Position numbers and translations under genes: made by a program. Shown here piece by piece: positions 1 to 9,629 of a DNA stretch of 64,000 nucleotides. The notes beneath the pieces are model-generated. The model worked only from the letters and a program-made list of their open reading frames with translations, ran no database searches and was not told the origin of the DNA. Origin of the DNA: Pseudogymnoascus verrucosus (Eukaryota). The stretch lies in NCBI GenBank assembly GCA_001662655.1, contig KV460225.1. One strand, 5' to 3'. Numbering within the stretch: the first letter of the stretch is position 1; the number at the start of each line of letters is the position of its first letter.

Positions 1-933
1 CTCCAAGGGTAGCGCGTGTAGCTTCGTTTGTCGGCGGTTCGATCACTTGGTGCTCGGTCGACTTCAGCACGCCATTGAACCAGCGAGAGAGCAGGTCACC
101 AACTAGCCGTTAAGTCAGTCTCAAAAAAATATCAGAAATTTGTTTTCGGTGCTGCAGAAGGGATAAGCGATAAGGGATCAGTGAGCGTTGCATTACATAC
201 CATTTATAATGGCGCAGCCCGGGATTGGTGGCACGTCAAAGAACCGTCCGTCTTTTCCACGAACCTGCAACCCTCCATTGCTGTCATTGAATAGCAATGT
301 CAAAGTGCCATAATCAGTATGTACGCCTGCTCGCACCCGGGTCTCAAACGTATCTATCGTCGTCTCTGGATAATGCAGGACGCGAAAGAAATGGTCCTTG
401 TCCTGCACATACTGCAAAAAGTAGTTCCGCGGCAGCCCGACCTCCTCCGCTAACGTGCTCAGCAAACCGAGATGGATGTCATGGCTCCTCTCAAAGAACG
501 CATTCATATCGGTCCTGAACTCGGGCCAGTCTGCCGGCCACTGATTTGGTCGCGTCACATCGCTGTCATCGCCCAGATCAAACGCCTCCTTCTGGTCTGA
601 GAATTTCGAAGACCCGGAGGTCCGCTCTGGCGAGAACCAGCCGTGGAAGAACTTGCTTTCACCGGTTTCCACCTTCTCCTTTTCAGAGATAGGCTGTGAG
701 AAAAATCGCGCGGCGTGCGCAAAGATCGTCTGCACGGCAGATTCGTCGATGCCGTGGTTTCTGAGGTAGACGAAACCAACGTCCTTCAAGGCCTGAAACA
801 GCTTTCGCTTTTCCACAGAGCTCTCTTCTGCTGTAATGGCGCCATCCGAGTTCTTATAGCCTTCGAGTTTGGAGAAGTCGATAATTGGAAGGTTGGCTGC
901 GGACGAGCTGGTCGTGTTTGGAGAAATAGCCAT
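1..933 (-). CDS. 2-oxoglutarate/Fe(II)-dependent oxygenase (IPNS/DIOX_N family); 3' end runs off the window
   Basis: N-terminal LPIIDFS...GFVYLRNHGI, then RVLHYP and HTDYGTLTLLF...GGLQV. An intron at 200-103 (GTATGT...CTAG) restores NVGDLLSRWFNGVLKSTEH, completing the HxD...H iron triad. Confidence 0.93.
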
Positions 934-1201
934 GTTAAGTATGTTTTATCTCTACTGCTGGCCTGTTGTTTAGCGGGCGCCATCACTTTTATTCAATATC
1001 CTCTTTATCATCTTCTTGTTGTTAGCGTAGTCTATCACAAGCCTATCCGTCCCCATGTATACTCATGTCCGAACCCATGAGCTCAAGGCTGATAAGATCC
1101 TGCAGGAAGACCAAAGATTCCCGACAACCATCATACAGCGAAGGTGGCTGAAATTAACACGATTTGGCAATCAAGGTGTGCTTGTGTGCTTGTTGCCTAC
1201 C

Positions 1202-1216
1202 TCGGAACCATTCCGA
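1202..1216. promoter_or_regulatory. Palindrome TCGGAA-N3-TTCCGA (CGG-N7-CCG), candidate Zn2Cys6 binding site in a divergent promoter
   Basis: Perfect inverted repeat with CGG triplets between the divergent starts at 933 and 1419. Function is inferred only. Confidence 0.35.
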
Positions 1217-1418
1217 ATTCTCAGGCGTGCGTGCGTGGTTGTTGAGAGTTCAATTGGCACGAGTCACGCTATTATCATATTGCCTACCTTCCTATCCAAG
1301 AAGAAATATAAGATATAGACATGCTTCCTTACGTTTCTCCAGAGTGATTCTCAACAAATTTGCTTAAAATTAGTTCTTTATCCTTATTCAACATATCTGC
1401 TTTGATAGCAAATCAATC

Positions 1419-3162
1419 ATGTTATTTCAATCTCGTCTTCCCAAACTGGCAATACCCAATACCGATGTGTTCCACTACCTCTTTCATCAGGGGCGCAGGA
1501 GCTATTCTCGAGAGCGGATTCTCTATCGAGTAGACGGCTCGGACGAGACTCTTACATTGGCACAGCTGGAAGAAAGAAGCGAGAAGCTTGCTAAGGTCTT
1601 GATTGCTTCGTACTCAATCAAGCCTGGAGACGTAATTACAATTCTCGCGACAGATAGTGTAAGTTGAAATCGGAAACCACACTACAAACCCAAGAAACTT
1701 TTCTAATCGAGCTCTATAGATCAACTTTCCCATCGCATTTTTTGCAATTCTGGCAGCTGGAGCAACTGTGTCTCTGATTCCCATCCAGAAAGACCTTGGG
1801 TATCTGGATGTTGCTGGGAGACTTGTGCAATCTGGTTCCAGGTTGATTTTCACAGACCAGGCGCTCTTGAGCATTGCAGAAACTGCGTTGGCGATCATTG
1901 GCGTGATTCCAGTGATTACTTTGGAGGAGGTCGATTCCAGATTTCCCAGATATCCACATCTCGATGTTCTCCTGAAACAGGAAGTCAGCGCTCCGAGGTT
2001 TCACCTCAACAGTGTAAGCGATTCTAGAAAGCACATTGCTTTCATCAACAGCACCAGTGGATCAACGGGAAAGATGAAGTCGGTTCTAACATCCCATGCA
2101 CATTTTATTGCCGTGATGGATGCGACTCGGGCCACCGTTCCCGAGAATACCAACCCAGAAGAGGATGTTTGGACATCCACGATCTCTCTCGGATATTACA
2201 TCTGCGGCAAGCTCTTCATGGGGTTGAACATCCTACTCGGCATTCCAGTTGTTCTACTGAAGAAGCCTCTTGATAATACCTCCCTGGACGTTATCACTCA
2301 ACACAACATTACCTTTCTATTCATTACACCCACGCTCGCAGCCCAGATCGCGAAGGCCGATACAACAAACCAGGACTTCAGCAGCATTAAGTGGTTGCTT
2401 TCAGCAGGTGCTCCCATGCATGAAAAGCTGCGATGTTCGGTTTCTCAGCAGCTGAACGGCAAGCATCTAACTCTCGAGTGGGGCACGACCGAGACCATGC
2501 TTCTTGCTATACAAGTCGATGAGCAGACTTGCGTTCCTGGCTCAAGTGGTACACTGACCAATGGAATTGAAGCGAAAGTGATCGACACGGAGACCGGCGA
2601 GGAACTTGGTCCTGGTGAAGAAGGGGAAATCTTGGTACGCAATAGTCTCTGTCCGTTCGTGGGCTACAAAGACAACGACGAAGCCAACAAAGATTTTGAT
2701 TCCGAGGGCTTCTTCCACACAGGCGATGTTGGATACCTGGACAGCACATGCAATGTCTTTATCAAAGACCGCCTCAAAGAGCTGCTCCGAGTAGGCGAAG
2801 GCTACGGATCCAGAATTTCGACTTCGGATTTGGAATCTGCCCTGTTTGATCATCCAGCCGTTGCTTCCGCTGTAGTGGTAGGGATCCGTGACGAATCAAC
2901 ACAAATCTACCATCCGACTGCGTTCGTGATTCTGCAGCCAGGCTACGATGCAAGCAGTGAAACCGCGAAGGAGATTGAGAGGCACACGACACGGGAACTG
3001 ACAGGCCTTAAACAGTTGTCTGGTGGAATTTATTTCGTGATTAAGTATCCTACGGTGGGGTTCAAGATCAACCGTGGAAAACTGAAGAGTTTGATTCATA
3101 TTGAGGAGGGGCAGGTGAAAACTTCGATGACGCATACGAGACTGCTTGAGGTGGCTGTTTGA
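1419..3162 (+). CDS. ANL-superfamily adenylating enzyme (4-coumarate-CoA-ligase-like), 2 exons, ~560 aa
   Basis: Exons 1419-1658 and 1720-3162 (GTAAGT...TAG, in frame). Motifs NSTSGSTGKMKSV, GTTET, GEILVR, GFFHTGD, DRLKEL and a C-terminal K-I-N-R. Confidence 0.9.
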
Positions 3163-4093
3163 GACTAACGTTATATTGCGTGCTTTTTTCGATAGTTGTG
3201 AATTTTTAGTACCAAATCTCAAGAAACGTCCGAACCGAGAAAATTGAAATATACACAATGATTGAAGGGCCACGGCTACGTCTGTGATAGTACCCTCGCT
3301 ATTACAAACAGTAAACTTTTCCCCTTTGTATTTAGGAGTACATGGAAATCTCGAAAAAAATTGTATAAAGCAGTGTGTGGTGATTTTCTGTCAATTCTAA
3401 CCAGGCCAGGATAAAGGCGCGCGGAAAGTCTCAGGGCAGTCACTTTTCGACAGTCACTTTCTATATGTCCGCATCTACTTCAAGTTTAGTTGCTGAAGTC
3501 AAAATAAGACCCTATGGTGCCTGTACGATAAGAAGGGCAGTCAGAAATTGACTCGCAAAAGGTGACGGCCCTGAGAGACACCGAAGGCGCGCCACTTGAA
3601 TTCCATCAACTTTGGGAACTTGTCCATTCTCTGCATGTATCTCATATTGTCTCCGAGCAGCTACCAGGAGTTGAGGGCAAAGATGATGATAGTTACACTG
3701 GCGCCAAGTACAAACGAGCTTCGCTGTATAGAAACTACATAGCTCCGCCTGCAATGAGACCGCCGTTGTCCACGACCAGGATCATTATCGGTGATCCCAG
3801 TAACCCAAGGCAACCAGATGCCGAAACAATTCTAGGATACGAGCTATGTTACTGTGTATGGAAGGTGGGGTGCGCGTGCTGTGGTTCTCACCCCTCGGAC
3901 TTCCATGGCTCTTTCATGGCTATGGATTTCTACGTCTGGAGGAGCTTTGATTGATCGCCCAAGGCTGACATATACCCCTTAACAATAAGTTGCAGCGGAC
4001 TTGGAGATGACGGATGATGTATAAAACCTATTAAGTGACAAAGGATAAACACTCAACCGTTGCTTATACAATCGTCGTACGATCACCTTCAAC

Positions 4094-5460
4094 ATGACAT
4101 TTGTAATGAGATCGCTCCTAGCTTGCAAAATCGGAATTAGACTAATGACGTCCAGATTGCCGTCAGTACTCTTCAACAGTACCCGAGGAGGGATGTCGAT
4201 GAAGTCGTTGAGCCGATCAATGGGCGCACTCTATACAATATGCCCTGGGATCGGAAGTCATGGTCTCAACGCATCCCAGCACAGGAAATTCAGTATCCTG
4301 ACCCGCTTGCCCTTGAAAGCGTCTGCCAAACGCTGCATTCCCTGCCCCCTCTTATTGAGGCTGGAGAAATCGAGAGGGCGCGGAATCTTGTGATAGAAGC
4401 TGCCAGTGGAAAAGCTTTTCTTATCCAAGGCGGAGACTGCTCGGAGCGCTTCGACGATGTCAAATCAGACATCATTCGGCAGAAGGTGATGCTGCTGAGA
4501 GAGCAGTCCACCAGGCTCAGCAAAGGACTCGGCCTGCCAGTAGTACAGTTTGGGCGCATTGCAGGACAATACGCCAAACCGCGGTCCTCCCCTTTTGAAT
4601 CTCTGCCAGATGGGACTTTGATCCATGCCTTCCGTGGCGAGAACGTCAATGGCTTCAGTCTTCATCAACGGCTGCCAGATCCGCAACGTCTTCTCTTTGG
4701 ATACTTCTACGCGGCAGCAGCATTAAACAGCATTGGCCATCTCGAAAAAGAAGAGAGGCGGAAATCGACCATCTCTAGCTTCCCGTTTTTCACCGCGCAC
4801 GAAGCACTTCACTTGCCCTACGAGTCCGCACTGACGCACGAAGATTATAATCACTCCGCGGCTTTCGTTTGGGTTGGTGAGCGAACACGCCAGCTTGAAG
4901 GCGCACACATAGAGTATCTGCGTGGCCTCCGGAATCCCATCGGCGTCAAGATCGGGCCCACAACGCAGCCCGAAGAACTTGTCGCTGTCCTCAACCGGCT
5001 CAGTCTCAACAAGTGGGATTCAAAACGCATCGCAATAATCACGCGCCTCGGCAGCAAAAACGTCGTCGACGTCCTTCCCCGCTTAGCACAAGCCGTCCGA
5101 GACTCCGGCCTCAGCCCAGTCTGGGTCTGCGACCCCTGCCACGGCAACACAGTTGTAGTTGGCGGCGCGGTCAAGACACGGGTCCTGAAAGATATAATCG
5201 ACGAGGCCACGCTTTCATACGCTGTTTTGCGGGAAACAGGGTGCTTCCTAGGCGGCTTGCACCTGGAGCAGACGGGAGAGGCGGTGTCGGAATGTGTAGA
5301 CCGCTACCCAGCACCCGGTGATGAGGGGTTATTAATGGAAAATTATAACTCCTTGTGCGATCCACGTTTGTCTGGAGAACAGGCCCTCCGTGTGATTGAC
5401 AGTTTTTTGGCCTTTGTTGAGGCGCTTGAGGATAAGAATGTGGTTGCAAAGACTAGCTAG
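4094..5460 (+). CDS. Class II DAHP synthase, short form
   Basis: QGGDCSE, GRIAGQYAKPRS, TAHEAL, WVGERTRQ, NPIGVKIGP, CDPCHGNT, KTR, GGLHLE, CDPRL. A probable 9-nt first exon (4094-4102) and intron 4103-4155 (GTAATG..ACTAAT..CAG) join in frame to the ORF at 4240. Confidence 0.95.
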
Positions 5461-5548
5461 AGTGTGCTTTGGAAACTCCTGGGGAGGAAAAGAACAGCGA
5501 CATGAGAACATTTCAGACAGATCAAGTTTTTGTTGAATAGAACGTATT

Positions 5549-5623
5549 TTTTCTAGTCCACCGGCCAATGTTGACCATTCGACAATGGTCCAGTCCACTG
5601 GTGAATGGCCTAAGCCACCCGCC
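5549..5623 (+). repeat. Left terminal inverted repeat
   Basis: TTTTCTAGTCCACCGGCCAATGTTGACCATTCGACAATGGTCC... matches the reverse complement of 7807-7881. Confidence 0.9.
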
Positions 5624-5922
5624 CATACGAACATTGGCCAGTCGAATGGACCGTTGGCCAATGCATTCTCACATTGGCGGGTGGCCTACCAGTCGCCAAT
5701 GAGCGCTGTGCGAGATTTTCACATAACTATTCACATAACTATTCTGTCGTCCTCCCAATGTTTGACTGTCTATAACTGTAACACATAACCGTTATAATGG
5801 AAGCACATGTTATTACTTCTATCAACTTATTTCCAAATGATGTGCGTACTGCATTCCAGGCTTATATCCAGGCCCCAAAATACAACAACCGTGAGCGGCT
5901 TCCACATGCAAAATGGCGATAG

Positions 5923-7638
5923 ATGCATATATTCATCGACAACCCAACCTTGAAGCCGAAGACTCCCGCTGAATCGAACTTAAAGCACCATCCCCTTACG
6001 GAATTATACCTCACCAACAGACGGCTTTATCGAAACGCTGATGATAAATATAAGGAACCAAGATATGTAGTTCCAGAAAGCGAAGCCCTCGACCCCATTA
6101 TCAATGAGCATCTACAGCTTCTGCACGCCGGCCGAGACAAGGTGTGGGCAGCTATTCAGAAGAAGTACTACGGAACCAACTGTCAAGAGGTGATCTTTGC
6201 GTTGAAGCTATGTAAGAACTGTACTTTGAATGGACCTTCTGCAACAAAAGCGCCGCTGGTTCCCATTATTACTGGACGTGCATGGGAAAGGGTACAGATC
6301 GACCTCATCGATATGCAGCATGAGCCTTCAAGACAGTCCAAGCAGATATTACATATAAAAGATCACTTCAACAAATACACGCAGCTATATCCGTTGAAAT
6401 GCAAGAATGCAGAGCCTATTGCGGACGCCTTTGCTCTTTTCATTGCAGCGTTCCTGCCTCCAAAGATCATGCATGCAGATAACGGGAAGGAATTCAAAGG
6501 GGCTCTCTTGATTCTACACCGGAAATATGGAATCCAAGTTATCAATGGAGCGCCCCGCTCACCGCAGACGCAAGGCTTGGTCGAGCAGGCTAACGGAGTT
6601 GTGGAGGCCAAGTTACGGGCTTGGAAAATGGATAACGGGTCAACTGAGTGGGCTGATGGTCTATTGGAGGTCACGCTGGCCAGAACAGGCAAAAATACTG
6701 GATGTGTACCAGCAGAACTACTATTCAGAGAACGCACATTATACACGGGCTGGCTAAGTAGCCAGGCACAAAAGGATCTTACTATCGGAGTCCCTCAAGA
6801 GGATGCAATGCAGGCTCTGGTATACAGTATGCCAGCTCCTCCTGTCGATGAATGGTTCCAGCTAGAGCTGGAGCTTGAGGATCGTGCCCAAAACGAGTCT
6901 CACATTGATTCTCAGCTCCGGAGTCAGTGCCACAACTTGCGTGAGAACAGCCAGTTGCGTGAGAGCCAGTTGCGTAGGAGTCAGCGCCAGATCGAGCATC
7001 GGAGCAAGCACCAAAGTGAGAGTGAAAGCGAGTATGACAGCGAGAGCGAGCATACTGATGCCGACCGTGAGAGCGAGCATGATTCCGACCTTGAAACCAT
7101 CACTGTACAACCAGCCGATCCAATAATTCAAAATGCTCAAAAGTGTACGCAAAAAGCAAGGGCCCTGATGGCACGCAAATACACAAAGAGGAACGATACC
7201 CAGCACTTTGATACGGGATATATAGTCACATTGAAGGTCCCTCAAGAGGATAGGACATTGACTGATAATAGACGCCTATTTGCACGCATATTGGATGAAC
7301 CCTACTCCCACAGATATAAAGTTATAACAGTATCAGGTATTATAAAACGTCTTATACCAACGAAGCAGCTGGGAGCTGTAGTGCGGTCTCTATGGGCAGA
7401 CACCGTTATCCCAGATTCGGAACAAGAGGTCACGCTTGGGCAGGCTGCAAGTGATGCTTCTACAAGCTCTCGAGTAGGGGTATCATGCCAATGTAAGGGA
7501 TCTTGTGATACGAAGAGATGTAGGTGTTATAAGGAGAATAAGCAGTGCAGCGTACACTGCCATAGAGACGATCATGACTGCGGGAACTTATCAGGTTTGG
7601 CTACACGTACAGAGCTGGCTTTGGTCGAGAAGGTGTAG
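5923..7638 (+). CDS. Integrase-like transposase (H2C2 finger, rve DDE core, C-terminal Cys-rich CXC-like domain); ancestral start probably 5797
   Basis: EH..LHAG...CKNC finger; QIDLID / HADNGKEF / QGLVEQAN DDE triad; C-terminal CQCKGSCDTKRCRCYKENKQCSVHCH. Confidence 0.88.
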   Translation: MHIFIDNPTLKPKTPAESNLKHHPLTELYLTNRRLYRNADDKYKEPRYVVPESEALDPIINEHLQLLHAGRDKVWAAIQKKYYGTNCQEVIFALKLCKNCTLNGPSATKAPLVPIITGRAWERVQIDLIDMQHEPSRQSKQILHIKDHFNKYTQLYPLKCKNAEPIADAFALFIAAFLPPKIMHADNGKEFKGALLILHRKYGIQVINGAPRSPQTQGLVEQANGVVEAKLRAWKMDNGSTEWADGLLEVTLARTGKNTGCVPAELLFRERTLYTGWLSSQAQKDLTIGVPQEDAMQALVYSMPAPPVDEWFQLELELEDRAQNESHIDSQLRSQCHNLRENSQLRESQLRRSQRQIEHRSKHQSESESEYDSESEHTDADRESEHDSDLETITVQPADPIIQNAQKCTQKARALMARKYTKRNDTQHFDTGYIVTLKVPQEDRTLTDNRRLFARILDEPYSHRYKVITVSGIIKRLIPTKQLGAVVRSLWADTVIPDSEQEVTLGQAASDASTSSRVGVSCQCKGSCDTKRCRCYKENKQCSVHCHRDDHDCGNLSGLATRTELALVEKV

Positions 7639-7706
7639 ACACGGAAATAGCGTGCAAGGGCAGATACAGCTGGTAATATAGCATAGATGAAATCACTTTA
7701 CAGCCT

Positions 7707-7780
7707 GTATCAGTATGTCAGTATCACATCGGGTGCCAGTATCACAGTCAGTATTGGTATCACAGTCGGTGTCAGTCTTC
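7707..7780. repeat. Degenerate ~18-bp subterminal tandem repeat (GTATCACAGTC core) inside the transposon
   Basis: gtatcagtatgtca-gtatcacatcgggtgcca-gtatcacagtcagtattg-gtatcacagtcggtgtca. Confidence 0.7.
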
Positions 7781-7806
7781 CTACTTATTATTAATCTACT
7801 GGCATT

Positions 7807-7881
7807 GGCGGGTGGCCTTGGCCATTCACTAATGGACTGGACCATTGGCGAATGGTCAACATTGGCCCGTGGACTGGAACA
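7807..7881 (-). repeat. Right terminal inverted repeat
   Basis: Reverse complement reads TGTTCCAGTCCACGGGCCAATGTTGACCATTCGCCAATGGTCC... Confidence 0.9.
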
Positions 7882-8141
7882 TATTTGAATTGCATGAATA
7901 ATTGACATTCAGAATAATTGATATTCAAACTGAAAGCATGGTATTCAGAAAAAGAGATTGTACACTGTCTGACTATTGAAACTTGACTCGCACTTGCAGC
8001 TATAAGCACCCACACACATTCAAGGTTCAACCAGAGGGGCCAATAGAAATATTTGTATAGGTAGTCAGTCTTGCATCTTAACTCTCAAAGAATTAACGTT
8101 TACTACTACCGCAGCAAAATTTAAAGCAAATTTTAGCCATC

Positions 8142-9629
8142 TCAAACAGTCTCTTTCAACTCCCCCTTCACCAACTGAGCGAAATCCAAAGACTCCTTAA
8201 ACTTTCCTCCAATGATAACAAATCGCCCCCCGAACATCTCAGGAAACGATTCCGCCTCCGCTATACCCTCCTTGCCTTCAGCCAAGAATACATTATGGGG
8301 ATAGAGCTTTCCTAGCAATGCGAGCCGGATGAGGGAGTTTGTGGCAAATAAAATGTGAGTATCGGCATCAGTCGAAGAGACAAGTCCCGGCAGATCCAGG
8401 ACGTTATTTATTTTGTGGACAATACTTGTTATTTCCCCAATGGGCGGTGCACTCGTTTGAGTATTTCCGGGCGCGTGTTGTAAATGTGTACTAAAGCGCC
8501 ATCCACGCGCAACCTGGCCTACATCAACTGACAAACAGCTGCCCTCAGGGACATTCAACCGCAGCTTGAGCAGTCCCCTATTGTCTGGAGATTTCGAAGA
8601 ATTCTCGACAGCGAGTGAGTACTTTGTACCGACAGAAGTTCCAAAGGAGGTTTGGCTGGTGATCACATCGATATCCTGGGAGATCTCGGTTCTTTGAGCA
8701 GTGTAATAATCAGGATACTCGTAGTCAAACAAGATTGGGTTTTCTGATTCCTCTATCTGAGTTGGGTAGATCCTGAGTAGGCGAATGGATGAAGACCCGA
8801 ACAGAAAGGCTGGAAGGACGACAAAGCTGGAGTACTGGAAACCATAACCGCCAGTAGGAAGATCTGGGGCAGTGAACGCCTTGGCAACTTCAACCAGAGT
8901 CTTCTGCGAGACAGCTCGTGTTAAGCATTCCACGAGCAATGCAGAGCGAGCTTTCTCAAACTTCCTTAGACCAGGGCCGGATTTTGACTTTTGAATCTGG
9001 AACCGAACATCTTGATAATTCTCGAAAGGAAGAAGAGCGTCGCGCAATAGAACCATTTGATGTAGATACTCATTGAATAGTTGCATAAGCTGGCCATTGC
9101 TCCGTCGTCCCATAAGAAGGTTCGCAACAGCACGCGTCCACAAATGACCTTCACAAGGACTGCGAATATCGATGTTCAAGTTTGGATTTTCCAAGTCCAG
9201 TTTCCGAGCTTGTTCAACAAGGTAAATTCCAATCTTGTTTGCCTGAGCTTGAATTTCCTGTCGAGACGGTTCTCCTTGGGTGTCCTTGATAGGCATAGTG
9301 GACTCCCGGGAATTGGTCGACAAAGAATTCGCCAAATTATCAAGCAGAAGCTTCTTCGAGGATGGATGTCCCTGCGGATCATTTCCAAGCTTTGACAGAA
9401 CGGTCAAAAGGAGAGGAGTAACACCGGTTATAATCTCAGATGGTGTGAAGACACCTTCAGGAAGATCCCATTCTGTCGTCTGCGCCCGATATATCTGGTT
9501 GCTGGAAGACATGAATGATCTTGTTGCCCCAGATGCAGTGGTACTGGTTATGGGTGTAGCGAATTGACCAGCAATAATGCCTCCGAGACAGCTTGCAAGT
9601 CGTGCGATTCGATGAAAGCTTCCTATCAT
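8142..9629 (-). CDS. Hypothetical protein A (unrecognised family, paralog of 14554-16176), intronless, ~495 aa
   Basis: Long ORF with first ATG at 9629. Shares IRSPCEGHLWT, LHQMxLLRDxLLPFENY, FTAPDLxxGGYGFQYS, LFDYE, SVDxGQxxRGxR and ALLGKLYPxNV with protein B. Confidence 0.85.
   Translation of the reverse strand: MIGSFHRIARLASCLGGIIAGQFATPITSTTASGATRSFMSSSNQIYRAQTTEWDLPEGVFTPSEIITGVTPLLLTVLSKLGNDPQGHPSSKKLLLDNLANSLSTNSRESTMPIKDTQGEPSRQEIQAQANKIGIYLVEQARKLDLENPNLNIDIRSPCEGHLWTRAVANLLMGRRSNGQLMQLFNEYLHQMVLLRDALLPFENYQDVRFQIQKSKSGPGLRKFEKARSALLVECLTRAVSQKTLVEVAKAFTAPDLPTGGYGFQYSSFVVLPAFLFGSSSIRLLRIYPTQIEESENPILFDYEYPDYYTAQRTEISQDIDVITSQTSFGTSVGTKYSLAVENSSKSPDNRGLLKLRLNVPEGSCLSVDVGQVARGWRFSTHLQHAPGNTQTSAPPIGEITSIVHKINNVLDLPGLVSSTDADTHILFATNSLIRLALLGKLYPHNVFLAEGKEGIAEAESFPEMFGGRFVIIGGKFKESLDFAQLVKGELKETV

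Larger units (their letters stand above)
5549..7881 (+). mobile_element. Ginger-like (retroviral-integrase-type DDE) DNA transposon with TIRs and 4-bp TSD
   Basis: ~75-bp inverted repeats at 5549-5623 and 7807-7881 (8 mismatches by hand). Right end is ...GGAACA, i.e. a TGT terminus. TATT flanks both sides (5545-5548, 7882-7885). Single integrase ORF; no RT, RNaseH or LTR. Confidence 0.88.

Noticed and set aside
5923..7638. Integrase as part of an LTR retrotransposon or a domesticated host gene
   Set aside because: No gag, RT, RNaseH or LTRs; it is bounded by TIRs and a TSD.
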